The notes under the pieces are model-generated. The model was given only the letters and a program-made list of their open reading frames with translations. It did no database searches and was not told the DNA's origin. Positions 37,240 to 50,129 of a stretch of DNA of 64,000 nt are shown piece by piece; position 1 is the stretch's first letter; each line of letters opens with the position of its first letter. A program made the translations under genes and the position numbers. Origin of the DNA: Ginglymostoma cirratum (Eukaryota); assembly GCA_024137785.1 (NCBI GenBank), contig JAHRHZ010000066.1:1410491-1474490 (forward strand), read 5' to 3'.

Positions 37240-39100
37240 AAAACACAAAATAGGAGAGAATCTACCAATGTGATGTGGGCAGTTCAGCCACTTTGTGAGA
37301 ATGAAGTGACTTTCACTCAGTAACACTGAGAAAGGTTTCTCTGCATGACTATCTAGCATTACTTCCTTTACTGGTCCTGCTCTTTCTGGCTGTTAAGGTA
37401 TGGTAACATTTATTTTTTTTCTTTAATTTCTTTTTCAATGATGCGCTGTTTGCCATAAACACATGAAAATTTGGCCCTGGAAAAAAAAACTCTTCACATT
37501 TAAAGGGATTGATCTTAACCCAATGATTGCCAAAGCCAAAGAAAGCCCACTTAACACCAACAAACACAGCGGCTGGAGTCAACATTTTATAAGACACTGA
37601 TCACAAAAAGGCAATATCTTTTTTAGAAACTCAAATTAGTGTGCACAAGTTTTCAAATCTTGCCAAGGTTGGAAGAATGCAGTGATCCGACATCTCATCA
37701 ACATAATGGTAACCCACTGGACCAGTCTGAAGACCATGATCCCAACAACCTGTATTGTGGAAATTCTTATCTTCATAACATTTCCATAGATGGAGGCGTG
37801 ATCTGGTCTGAAAATGTTCTGCTTTAAGTGTAAAACTTGATGTTTGTTACTGTGGGCGAGGACCTGCCAGACTGTCTTTGAAGCCTCTCTTCTGATCTCA
37901 GCCTTATTCCTTAGCTAATTACAGTAATTTTTCATTCACTGTCATTTCTTCATGTGACGAAGAATCACTGATGAAGATTCTCTCAAGTGGTGCTATCGCT
38001 GCCTGTGATGTTAGAGAAAAGGCTGACAAGATCTGAAGAGTATCTTTAAAGGATTCAGCTTTTTAAACAAAAAAAAGTGAAATGAGAATGGAACAATTCA
38101 AATAAGTTGTCATCAATATATTTTATGTACTCTGCTCTGGTAAAAACAAAATCAGGAGCTGGGCCGGTGAACCAATAACAGTTCTACCAGTCAAAAAATA
38201 AGTTATTTCGGCTTACTCCAAGTGGAAGCGGAACCTTTGGAAAATATACACTTCACATCCATCTCTAATTTTATATAAGGTGCCCTCAGTAAGGAGCAGT
38301 TTCCATTTCCTATTTAACCTATGACCTAAACAGAGAAGAAGCTCTCATTTAAAATCCATAAAGGGCTTGTATTAGGAGATCTGCACCTTGTCTTTAGTTT
38401 TACATTCAGAATTCTAATTTGTTTTAATCCCATGTGACGTGAAGCTTTTATTCTGGCTGTTTTACAAATATTACCCACTTGTCTAGTTTTACCAAGAATA
38501 CACTGGTCCTTACCAGACGCCAGCATTGCCATTGTGCAGTCCTGGGCAGCTAGGTATCCAAGGGCTTTAAAGAGCAGTTAGTCAAGACTTGCCACTCTGC
38601 ACTTGGGTATGGCAGCTCCTTTGGGTTGTTGAGGTGATGTCAGTCTGTATGTGATGCAGCAAGTTCTGTTGCCAAATTTCTTCCAGTCTTAGTAAAAGTA
38701 CATTTTATTTATGCAATTTATGTATGGAAAAGAAGTAACCAGATTTTTAAAATTCCAGCTTTTTGTTGTCTATTCCAGCAGTGGTGATGCAAGAAGGCTT
38801 CCTACGCAGGGCGCTGACATGGTGCCATGAACCAATTCACTAAAAGCCCCTGATCAGTTATGTGTACTTTACAGTTTTTATGTTTTAAAGTTCCAGTTAC
38901 AGCTATCCAGTTCAATCAATTTCAGTTGCATTACCTCAAACCTCAGTATTTTGCACATTTGAGCTATTTCAAACTCTGCACTTTTTTTCTATGTTTTTAC
39001 CATAATATAAAATTACTGAATTTTTCCTTCTCTGTTTTATTGTTACATTGCCCTATTTCATGCCTTATTACATTTACTTATAAACACTTTCCCTTAGAGT
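37240..39100 (+). other. Probable 3' UTR of the exon-10B isoform (end not determined)
   Basis: Repeat-poor, AU-rich sequence after the stop codon; the first AATAAA I noticed is at 40959, so the true end is uncertain. Confidence 0.5.
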
Positions 39101-39964
39101 TCATTATCAACTGATAAAGAATATTGAGGGACAGATCTGTATTAATGGCACCGTTGCCTTCACCTTCCATCATGTAGTTTGAAAGCAGTAAAGTGGGACA
39201 AGAGGGGCTATCAGAGCAGGAAACCTGGCAGATTTTCCATTCTTAGTCCAGTGATGCAGAATGCTTCTTTCACTGGCTGGCTAAAATCTGTTAACTCGGC
39301 TTAAACCAGCATTTGTACCTGGGGACCTTCCAAGTGTGAATGGCATGTTTATTCATTACGTTAACCAACTGATCCATTGGGCAGCTTCAAGTAAGTAGAA
39401 AGAAGTCAGTAAAAACTTTACATGAACTAAGATACAGTATGAAACTGGAACATGCTAATAAGACTGGAGAGTGTGAAGACGAGAAAGATTAAACAAAAAA
39501 TTCCCCATTTTCCTACTGGGGATAAATTGAAAGGTCACATATAAAATCATCATACTTAAGTTGCCTTGTGTTCGATCTTAGAAGCTATAAATACCAGGAA
39601 CGGTCTGACTGAGGCCTGTAGTACTGTATACTTCTTCAAACAAAACCAGTGTTATCTGCAACAGCACAGTTTGCATTATTCACAGAGATTAATGTGAGAC
39701 TTTACACGTAATAACTGAGAAACCTCAACTGCACATCCAAACTCCTCCTCGTTCCCTTTTAGGAGGTCTATGCCAGAAATATAATTACACCTGCCTACCA
39801 ATGAGTAGGTCTTGCAGAGAGACTGCACTGGATGTAATATTTAGTAAACTTATTATTCGGTACGAGTATTTTGAGTATCTCCTGATCTTTCAGAAGTCCA
39901 GCCTCTGGTAAACATGCTGAGTCAGTTCCGTGCATCAGTGTGCAAAACAGTTAGTGCCATGAGC

Positions 39965-40200
39965 AAAAAAACAAAGTTGCTGGAAAAGCTCAGCAGGTCA
40001 GGCAGCGTCTGTGAAGGAAAAAATAGGTAGCGTTTCGGGTCCGATGACGCTTCCACAGAACTGTTTTGAGGAAGGGTCACTAAACCCGAAACATTAACTC
40101 TGTTTCTTTCCTTCACAGATGCTGCCAGACCTGCTGAGCTTTTCCAGCAACTTTATTTTTGTTCCTGATTTACAGCATCTGCAGTTCTTTCGGTTTTTAT
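39965..40200. mobile_element. Palindromic Penelope-type insertion with perfect 14-bp TSD
   Basis: TTAGTGCCATGAGC at 39951-39964 and 40201-40214; arms aaagttgctggaaaagctcagcaggtc / gacctgctgagcttttccagcaacttt. Confidence 0.85.
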
Positions 40201-40627
40201 TTAGTGCCATGAGCTTATTGCAATATTCTTCCAAATTACTGGAAAGATATATACTTGAGAAGTAAATGCAGGCCCTTAACTAAAGGTAGCAAGTTCCGTG
40301 TCACATTAGTTGAGAGATGGATGGGTGTTGCGTGGGTGGGTGGAATCGAAACAGAGCACAGGTCTCTTCCTCCAAATGCCTGGGGAGGCGGGGTGGGGGG
40401 GTGCGAAGATGACACCTGACTCATATGTCAGGAGAGATCTATAAACAGAAAATTATAGGAATACTCATTACTGGAAACCCTTAGAGTCATCAACCACAAA
40501 TATTAACTCAGTGAGTCCCTAGATGTAGATGTTTCCAGACTTGTTGACTGTTCCCAGCATTCTTCTGTTTTAAGATTGACAGCATCTGCAGTATTTTGCC
40601 GTTGTTTATTCAAAGCAGGAGGTGACA

Positions 40628-40862
40628 CAGAAACAGAAATTGCTGGAGAAACTCAGCAGGTCTGGCAGCTTCTGTGGAGAGAAGGCAGAGTTAACGTTTC
40701 AAGTCCAGAGACCCTTCTTTGGATCATTCTCCATTCCAAAGAAGGATCACTGAACTTGAAACATTAATTCTGCTTTCTTCCACAGGTGCTGCCAGACCCA
40801 CTGAGTTTCTCCAGCAATTTCTGGTTTTGTTTCAGATTTCCAGCATCCGCAGTTCTTTGTTT
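40628..40862. mobile_element. Palindromic Penelope-type insertion
   Basis: Arms cagaaattgctggagaaactcag / ctgagtttctccagcaatttctg; an older related copy lies at ~40440-40600. Confidence 0.75.
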
Positions 40863-42699
40863 AAATATGTGTTGTAGTATTGAAGAGTCAGAAACAGTTA
40901 AACTGTGGCATTGAGTGTGATTCTAAATGTCAGAGTAAACACAAAGGACAGGCACTGCAATAAAATCTGAGTTTGGAGTGGGATGGGGATTGAAATAGTG
41001 GAAAATTTTACTAATAAGGATGTGTAAGGTGTGTAAGAAGGTCAGAATATTAATTGACTTTCAATTACTCAACAATAACCTCAAAATCAATGAAGAAAGA
41101 AAATAAGCACTTGGTTCTAGAAGTGGTACACATTTGTCTCTCTGTCTCCCTCTGTGTCTGTTTGACTAATAGGTCTTACCCTTTTTTAAAAACTTTAGTA
41201 ATTATCCAGGAATGATATCAAACAGCGCAATGGCTTTATCCAAAAGAAAATAGAGGAACTTAAGGAAGTATTTAAAGACAATAATAAACAACAAAGTACA
41301 AGCAGGTCTCCAAAATTAATGCTGTCGATTGCAGGTCAACAAATAACAAGATCTATTCAGGGGTAAATTAGGACAGACTAGCGCAGTTGGTTAGAATAAG
41401 GCAGAGACATTGAACACATTATTCATGTTGCAACGGAAGAAAAATTCCAGTAAAGGATAATAGTTAATATATAACAAACATAGGAATCATAAATAATGGT
41501 GTTTCGTCTCCAGATCATCGGACACTGGGCATATGACTAAAGATGCACATCAGACCCTGCAGGGATTTTAATGCATTGACCTCTGTGGGAACTGCCGAAA
41601 ATGTTTGAACTTTGAGTGGGTAACTCTTCTACTCTCTAGGACCCTCTAGCTCTAGTTGTCTAACTGAGTCAGTCAGAGACTTTAGACAATTTTACGTTCT
41701 TATTGAATAGTTACACAGTATTTAGTCTAACTCCTAGACAATTCCAGAACTGACATCCAAATCACTCACGCTAACATCCTGAACATACTGCTCCCCCACT
41801 CCACTCACTCTCCCTGAACCCACGAACACTCCTAACTGCTGGACTACACTTCCAAGACGCCATGAAAACAACCTCTGCCTACCTCCACTCAACGCAACCA
41901 GCCCACCAGTCCTCAACTCTGTCCACTATCCTGCCTACCTCTGACTCGATCTGATTTTCCCCATACCCCGACTCGACCTGTCTACCCGTGACTATCTACT
42001 CCAGATCACCCAATGACAGCACCAAGCAAACCCAAGTACTCTATCCAGTATCCCTGACATTCCCTTCTCTACCTACCCCTTTACCCATGTGAACTGCCCC
42101 ACCCATTTAACCCAATCTGCCGCCAATCACCTGTCTACCTCCTGACTACCCATGTGCCCACCCCCATCTCAACTAACCCACAACTGCACCTGACCTCCTC
42201 CTCCAGACCCAGATAACCCTATAACCCTATGTTGTCTCACCCACCTACCCACCTTATCTTCCTCACCCACCTACATCACCAATCAATACGTGACTAACTG
42301 ACTGATTAATGGCTGACTTTTATATCTGCATTTACTGATATTGGTTTTGGTTTCTATTAATGCTGTATCTCTCCTAGCCTTGCACTTTTCACCGACTTCA
42401 CTCCTAACTCTTGCATCCTCCCTCTCTCTTTTCCTTTTTTTGTCCCCCTCTTTATAATCTGGCAAGAGTCCTGCTCACACCGTGAGGAACACCAAGAAAA
42501 AAAACCCCTCTACCCACCTACTCACCCAGTCTTATTTTCCCCCAACACTGCCTTGTTGGAGTTCTCCAAGTAACGCTGCACTTGAATTGCTGGGAAAGTG
42601 AAACTCAAAAATCCCAGAAGAAATGAGGAGGTGGTTCAGATGAGGTGAATTCTCAACTGGAGGTGGCAATCTGACAATGATTCCCATTTCCAGTATATC

Positions 42700-44020
42700 C
42701 AGAGGCACATGATATAGAGGAAATGTAAGAAATAAACAGTTTCAAAACTTCTGGGCTAGATAGAAAGCATTAGTAAGAACTTGGAATTAAAATGAGGCAA
42801 TTCTTAATATTTCAGATGACATTTTTCAGGGTTCCAAAATACCGGGAAGTCTCCATGCTTGTAAATGTAGTTCCAGTATTCAAGAAAGGAGTAAGATTCA
42901 ATCACAAGCCAGTTATTCTGACATTCGTTGTGGAGAAGTTGTTTTGAGAGCACCCTAAAGATACAATAAGTGAACACTTTATGAATATAGATTACACAAA
43001 GTGCAGTACAGTCTGCACTAATTCAGAAGTAATGGCTTTAAAATTCTTCTGGATTTCTGCAGGGGCAGATAAACAGGGGAACAAGGATTTTGAAAAGGTA
43101 ATTGATAAGTTCTTCACTGAGTCTTGGTAGAAAACTGAAGGTTGATTAAATAGTGGAAGATTTAAGTGGTTTGAAAATTGGATTTCTTTTTGATAATAGA
43201 GGGTCAATAAATGATAAACATTCTGTTAAGAAAGTAACCAGTATATCTCTTTGATATATACTCTTCAGTATATACTCATTTCTGAAGAAGGGTCGAGGCC
43301 CGAAACGTCAGCTTTCCTACTCCTCTGATGCTGCTTGGCCTGCTGTGTTCATCTAGCTCTACACCTTGTTATCTCATTGAGAATCTGTTCTTGGACTTCT
43401 GGTATTTGTGAATGATGCCAAATTCTGTGGTTAGAAAGGAGAGAGATTATTTTCAAGAAGGTTGAATCAATTTTACGGCTGGTCTGAGATTTGACAAGAT
43501 TTTGTATCGATAAGTTTAGAGTACTGAAACTAGCAAGAGGTGAAGTAAAGATATTTAAAACAAGACAGGGTTTCTGCTATAGCATATCAAGCTCCAAACA
43601 TTAATAGAGGGTGAGGAACTTCAAGAAGGAATAACATGAACGGGAAATTCTTCCATGGCAGAAGATGAAAGGATTTGGGGATGGTCATTGAACGTACTGC
43701 GAAAGCATTTAGTCATTGAGGTAGCGGTTAATATTGGCTGTGAGCTGGAAACTCTTCAATTTCAAGTCAGAAGGTTTGGCAGATGAATGGTAGTGCATAT
43801 TCTTGAGCAAGGATTTAGTTCCGAAAACCCTACATGACAAAGGATAGATATGTCTCATTGTTCAGAGCACAGTGGCCAGAGTGATTTGATGCCTTACAAG
43901 TGAAGTTATGAAGCAATGTTCAAGCAATATATTTACTATGAGTGGATAATACTGAGGAAATTCAAGGTTCCAGTCTTACAAAGTAATGAAAGACATAGTT
44001 AAAGTTGATATTAACAATAT
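42700..44020 (+). mobile_element. Old CR1 LINE remnant
   Basis: ANVVPVFKKG-like gtaaatgtagttccagtattcaagaaagga, then kpv.LTFVVEKL-like and later RT words; very degenerate. Confidence 0.6.
43276..43376 (+). mobile_element. Penelope-type terminus with intact minimal hammerhead core
   Basis: CTGAAGA-A-GGGTC-GA-GGCCC-GAAAC-GTC at 43282-43309, followed by the same tail as the 26900 element. Confidence 0.75.
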
Positions 44021-44504
44021 ATTCAGCACAGACAAACAGCACAGAACAGAAGGGCACAGAAAGGAAAATTGCACAATCCATTTATATTTCTTTCTAAATC
44101 TGATTGTGTTGTTCTTTGTTATCTATTCTGCATCCCACTTTGGTATTATCTGCAAACCTATAGATTGGTTTAAATATACAGTTAGCTGAACTAATAATTT
44201 ACAATTTTTATTGGAATTGGTACTGGTGCTATTTCATAGCTATGTGACTTCTTTATATCTGGATTTTAGTTCCTCGCTATCACTTTGAAGTGGATGTGTA
44301 TTTAGTTAGCCACTGTTCTATTTTTATTTTCATATAAACCTTAATTATTCTTTGAAATGCTGTCAAAAAAAACTTGTGGCCACTATTTTGCTTTGCTTCT
44401 CCTATCGCTAACTGAAGTCATTATTATATCTCAAGTATTAACTTCCATCCCTACTTAACTCCTTCATTTTTCATCAGTACATGTCTACTCTGATGAAGTT
44501 CAGC

Positions 44505-45020
44505 AACAACAACTTAATATTTCTCTAGAAGCATTAACACAACGTAATGGCCCAAGGTGCTTCACTGGAACATTATAAAGTAAGACTGTGCCACATAAGG
44601 AGATATTTGAACTAATGACTAAAAGCTTGGTTAAAAAAATAGGTCTTGTCAAATGTTTTAAAGGAAGAAAATTTGATAGAGAGCCGGAGATGTGTAGGGA
44701 GGAAATTTCAGTGCTTGAAGCTTAGGCAACTGAAGCTATGGCATCCAAGGTGGATCAGTTATAATGATAAACGTACAAGTCGCCAGAATTAAAGGAACAT
44801 AAACACCTCAGAGGATTGTGGGGTTGATGGAGATTACTCAGCTAGAGATTACAGAGCTAGGAGACAGACAAAGAAATGAAGGAATTTGAAAACAAGGATG
44901 AAAATTTTAAAGTCAAGATGTTGCCTATCTGAGGGCCAATGTAGGTCAGAGAGCATCATGTTGATAATGGACTTGCTGTGAGTTAAGACACAGGCAACCA
45001 AATTTTGGCTGACCTCAAGT
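44505..45020 (-). mobile_element. L2-type LINE 3' fragment
   Basis: caacaacaac tail then aaaagcttggttaaa..tgttttaaaggaag..gggaggaaatttcagtgcttgaagcttaggcaactgaag (reverse-oriented L2-like end); family call from recall. Confidence 0.6.
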
Positions 45021-48000
45021 TTATGCTTTCAATTTGTTCTTTACAGATGTTTTCACTTTTCTGAGGTAGATTTCAAATTGATTTTTTTTTTTTCCGTTTT
45101 TAAGTCCCTGTGTATTTCCTTAGACTGCTCTGTTAGAGTCTGTTATTTCGTATAATTCATCATTCTTTCAGGATGTGTTAGATTTGCAGGTGCTTTAGTC
45201 CTTTAACGGGAAACCTGACAAGATCTTGAGAGACACAACCATTTCCCGGTTACAAGAATAAATCACTAGTTAGCTGTGAAGTATGATGAATTAAGCCCAG
45301 CAACAGAGTCCTGTTGCCTTAATTGCCCGAGGGAATTGGAGAGCAATTTCTCAGAGATTTCCAGAATTGCCCATAGTTTGTTTAGTTATTATTTATCTTT
45401 CCCAGGAAATAGCTTGATATTACTGGGAGCAAAAGGAGAGGGAAGAGGGATTAAACAGTTTGCAAGGTTATGCCATTGGCAGATTGGGGTTGGCATAATT
45501 AGGTTGAATGTCTTTTCCTGTCCTTCCTTGTATAGATTCTCATATCCTCATAAATGTTTTAGCATGATTATTTTATAGCAACCAGCTTCCCAATGTTTAA
45601 TTGATGTGCCACATCTGTGTCATTATTGAAGATCAGACCTGAATACTGTCTGCTTAATTTTGGCTTTATTACAAACTCTTAAGAGATGATCTTACACAAC
45701 CTTTAGGAACATATGTTTCTCTTTTCCAGACAATATCTCGATCATTTAAATGTTTGTTAAAGTTCTGACTTTTTCACTTTCCTCATTTACCCACTTTGGC
45801 ACCAAAGCACCTGTTTTGTTGCAAGGTTTGTCCTTTCTCCACGTTGTTTTGCACTGACATCTCATTTCACCAGATCATGCTGCTCGTCTCATCAAATCAT
45901 ATTTTTTCTAGTCTGCAAACCATTTCCTTGGACTCCTAATATTGGTATAAATCTACACAGCTTTCCCTGTCATTTTTCTTCTTTTTATCATTTTTTCTTT
46001 CCTTTTGATTTTTGCCAGTAAATACTTGTACAGTATGCATATACAAACTAAGCAAACAGCTTTAAAGGCTGTTTCTTTGGTGTGAACTAGTATTAAAATG
46101 GAATGAGTCATTTTCTATCTAGGCTAACAAACAAAATGCAATGCAAATGCAAGATGCAAAACTAAACCTGAATTCAGAGTGTTAATCTCAGCTGTTTATA
46201 TTAGGTTAAAAAGCACGTCCTCTGTCTCTCTCTGCCCCTATTGCCCCCACTACTGTTCTCTCTACTCACTCTGGATAGGAAACATAGTCACATGTTCTCA
46301 ATCATTACCTCGGCACCTGGTCATCTCAATTTGTCATCCTATTTTCACTTTGTTTCATTTATTCATTCACGTTTTCCCTTTGAATTCGCAGCTGTACTTT
46401 CAACAGGATGTCATTAGTTGTGTAGCAGTGAGCCCATAGTTAACTATCGGGAGAGAAAACTGCATGTCAAATAAGGATCGTTGCTCTCAGTCTCTCAAAT
46501 GGAAGCTATCCTCAACTCCTACTTGAGTCGGTCATTGTCTATCAGTGAAACCTATAGCTATCAGAAAGAAGACCCAAATTCTAATAGCTCAAATTTATTC
46601 AACAAGTGGCACAATCTTAGCCAGATGCATTTGAACGTTGCTGATGCCAATCAAGTAGTCAGCACTGACCATTATACTGGTAACTCCAAAGCTTGCAATT
46701 TTAATTATATAATGAAAGAGATATCTAAGGATAGAAGAAGAGCATGCCTTGTCAATTAGTTTTTCCTGTGACTTCATCTAACGTTTAAGAAATGTGTCCA
46801 GTAATGTGCATCAATGAAGTGTTTCCTCTTGTATTAGCACAGCATCTTAAACCAGTCAGCTTTAAACAGGCACTAAAGAATGTTGATGGTAGGAATTAGC
46901 TGTATCTGAATAAATCAAATGAAAAGAAACTGCAAATCAAATTTTTAAAAAGCATTAGGACGTTTGCAACATGTCATAGCATTATTGAGCTGTCGAGCAC
47001 AAAAACAGACCCTTCGGTCCAACTCGTCCACATTTGACCAGATATCTTAAATAATTCTGGTCCAATTTTCCAGCATTTGGCCCATATCCTTCTGTACCCA
47101 TCCAGATGCCCATTCAGAGTCAATTTAGTAGACCCTTCAGAACCAAGACTACAAGTTGAGTGAACCTTTAAGGGAACTGGACAAAGTAAAGGCTTGAAGG
47201 AAGAGAGAAAATTGAGTAAATAATAAAAAAATTGCTGTGATAGCCACACAGAGAGCAGACCCTCACAGGCAGTGGCATGCAGTTAACTTCACTTTGGTCT
47301 GAGCACTGTTCTTACTCACACTCAGTGGCATTTGATAACATGTGTGGTCATCACTATTGCTTAACATTGATGGGGATGGATTCCACAACAAACTTCCTGT
47401 ATCTTCTCACCTCTACCATCTTTGAATCACTGTTCCTAGGGTGGGCAGAGGACCACATCAGGGTATGGAAATTGTACGGGGAAGACTGACCATATATAGT
47501 TAAGAAATGGACAATTATAATACAAATAAAGCATAAAATCTTTATAACAGTAGTTGTTCTCCATCATAAAAATGCTAATCATTACACGAAATGATTAAAT
47601 GTGATCTCTTTCTCATAGCCTCTTGGCTTAGTGTGAAGACTGCAGTTGTTGTCCCTCTTTACAATGGGTTCAATGTCCAACATAACTCTTCGTCTTCATT
47701 CACAGATACTACCTGACCTGCTCGGTCCATCGATTTCTGTTTTTATTTAAGATTTCAGGTAGCTGCAGTGTTTTACTTTAGTCTTACCAATACAAACGTT
47801 GCTTCACTATGATCTACAATATAGTGTTGCAAGAATCACCAGGATAAACACAATAAAGACAAAGTAAAGTGGACAGTACACATCCCAGGGGCAGTCACCA
47901 CACCTTGTGGGAAGTAACTTAGTGGCACATTTTAAAAGGTGCCACCTAGTCCATCTCAAATCTGTTCCACATCTGTTAGGGAACATGATCCTAATTTTCA

Positions 48001-48829
48001 GTTCACTCAAAATATAAACCTATAACCACGCACTGTTCACTTCCCATTGTATTCATCATCTCTTATAAAATAATGTAAATCTTAAGGGCTTTTCCAACTC
48101 TATTATTTCAGAAGGACATAAATAGTGAATCACAGAGATGCCTATTTCAGCATCAAGATTCCTTGTGAGAGGCCTTTAGTAATTATGTCTTGGGATTGCT
48201 TCAGATAGCAGTATTTATGTTTCAATATTTCAAATCCTTGCCGAGCAGCGGACGTTTAGAGCGAGTTTTTGTTGGGTCTACAAATCTGCTGCTGTCCAGT
48301 TTTTTTGGCAATCAACTGAAATCTGTAACCTCTGGCTGCCGACTCGTTTGTCACCAGATCTAGTTTCCTCTTATCTATCTAATCAATATCCTCATGATTT
48401 CGAACACTTCCGTAAAATCTACTCTTAACTCCCTTTGCTGTAAGGAGAATAACCCCAGTTTTTATTCATGTCTCCACTTAACTGAGTTTCACATTCCTGG
48501 TGCCAGTATAAGTATAGCGAAAGAAATTTATGGTGTAAAATGTTGACTTAAAATATGTACTTTAATTGATTAGGGACAGATAACTATTCTAGTGGGTAAA
48601 GGTACTCTTCAGTTTATTATTTTTCCAATGCGAAAGTAGAGGTTTCAGGTTCAAATCCTGGACTGCCAATGTCCACAGGGCAAACGTCTGGAAAAATCAG
48701 TACATTCGAGGGAAGAAATAAGAAAAATGGGAAATACAGCTGTATGAGAGCTGACATGACGTTCATAGACAGTATTAAAAAACCTAAGAGAAAAATAAGC
48801 TAAAGTTTTTTTTAAGGAAGGAATTTCCA

Positions 48830-49600
48830 GGACTTTGAACCAGCAACAATGGAAGAATAGCAATAAAGTTCCCAATCAGCAGCTGGTGTGGTTCCCATGT
48901 CTCTGTTGTCCTTGTCCATCTAGATAGTAAATGCGGGAGGCTTTTAAGCTGCTGTTGAAGAGACTCTGGTGAATTACTGCAATGCATCTTGTAGATGGGT
49001 AATGGAGTGAATGTTCAAGTTGATGGATAGGGTGCCAGTCAAGTGGATTGCTTTGTCCTGGACGGTTAAGTTGCTTGAATGGTGTTGGAGCTGCATGAAT
49101 TCAGGCATGTGCAGAGTATTCCATCACATTCCTTATTAGTGCCTTGTAGGTGGTGAACAGCATTGGAGAAAACAGAATTCCTAGCCTCTGACTGTCTTTT
49201 GTAGTCACAGTATTTATATGGCTGTTTCAATTCAGTTCTTGATCAATGGAAACTCCCAGAAAGTTGACAGTGGAGGATTCAGTGCAGGTTGAATGTCATG
49301 AGGAGAGCGGTAGATATCTGAGACATTTCAAATAGAAAATTATGCAATCGTAAGTAAACATCCTAAAATCTAACAGGAAGTTCAGTGATGGAACAACTTA
49401 AGATGGTTAGGCCTAGGTCACTGCCAAGAGGAACTTCTTCAGAGATGTCCTGGAACTGAGATGATTGACATCTAACAACCAGGACCATCTTCCTTTGTAT
49501 GACCAGTACAGATTTCTACCACTGAATCTCACTGACTCCAGTTTTGCTGTAGCCAGTCATATGCTGCCTCAATGTCAAGGATAGTTACTCTCACTTCACC
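48830..49600 (-). mobile_element. Decayed non-LTR retrotransposon fragment (family uncertain)
   Basis: Words typical of a common elasmobranch LINE (tgcaatgcatcttgtagatgg; gagtattccatcaca; gatgtcctggaactgagatgattgac); no open frame. Confidence 0.5.
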
Positions 49601-50129
49601 TCAGACTATATATATCTGCAAAAGCAAAATGTATTTCAAAACAGCAATAACCTAAAGAGTATTCTTGAATGGACAGTTACCTTGTACAACCCTCATCATT
49701 TCTCCATGTTCACTTGCCACTTTAACATGGCAGCTGCATGCATTCCCCAATTAAAACCTGAGCCCAATCAATGACCAGCTTCAACTTACCTGAAAGTATT
49801 TCCATTAGCCCTGAAGCTCTCCACCAAGTCTGAATTTTATTTTATTGTAACTCCTGATGCCAGTCAGTCAGATGCTAAGAACACTGTGTGTGTAGAGATC
49901 CACTCAGGTTCATTGGTGGCAGCATTTCATTTAACCAGTCATGCTGCCACAATACTAACAGAAGATTAGGAAACAAAATTAAAGTGCTTGGCTTTTTAAG
50001 CAACGTATTAGTATGGCTTGAGAATTGCTTAAAAGATGGAAAGCAGATATTAGGAGTAAATGGTTCATTGTGAGGAATTAGGCTCCTGCTAGGATCTGTG
50101 CCAGGACCACAGCTCTTCACCATTTATGT

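Noticed and set aside
39965-40200. Pre-miRNA or classical MITE interpretation of the hairpins
   Set aside because: Multi-copy, asymmetric arms, hammerhead-like centre and 13-14 bp TSDs fit Penelope-type retro-insertions better
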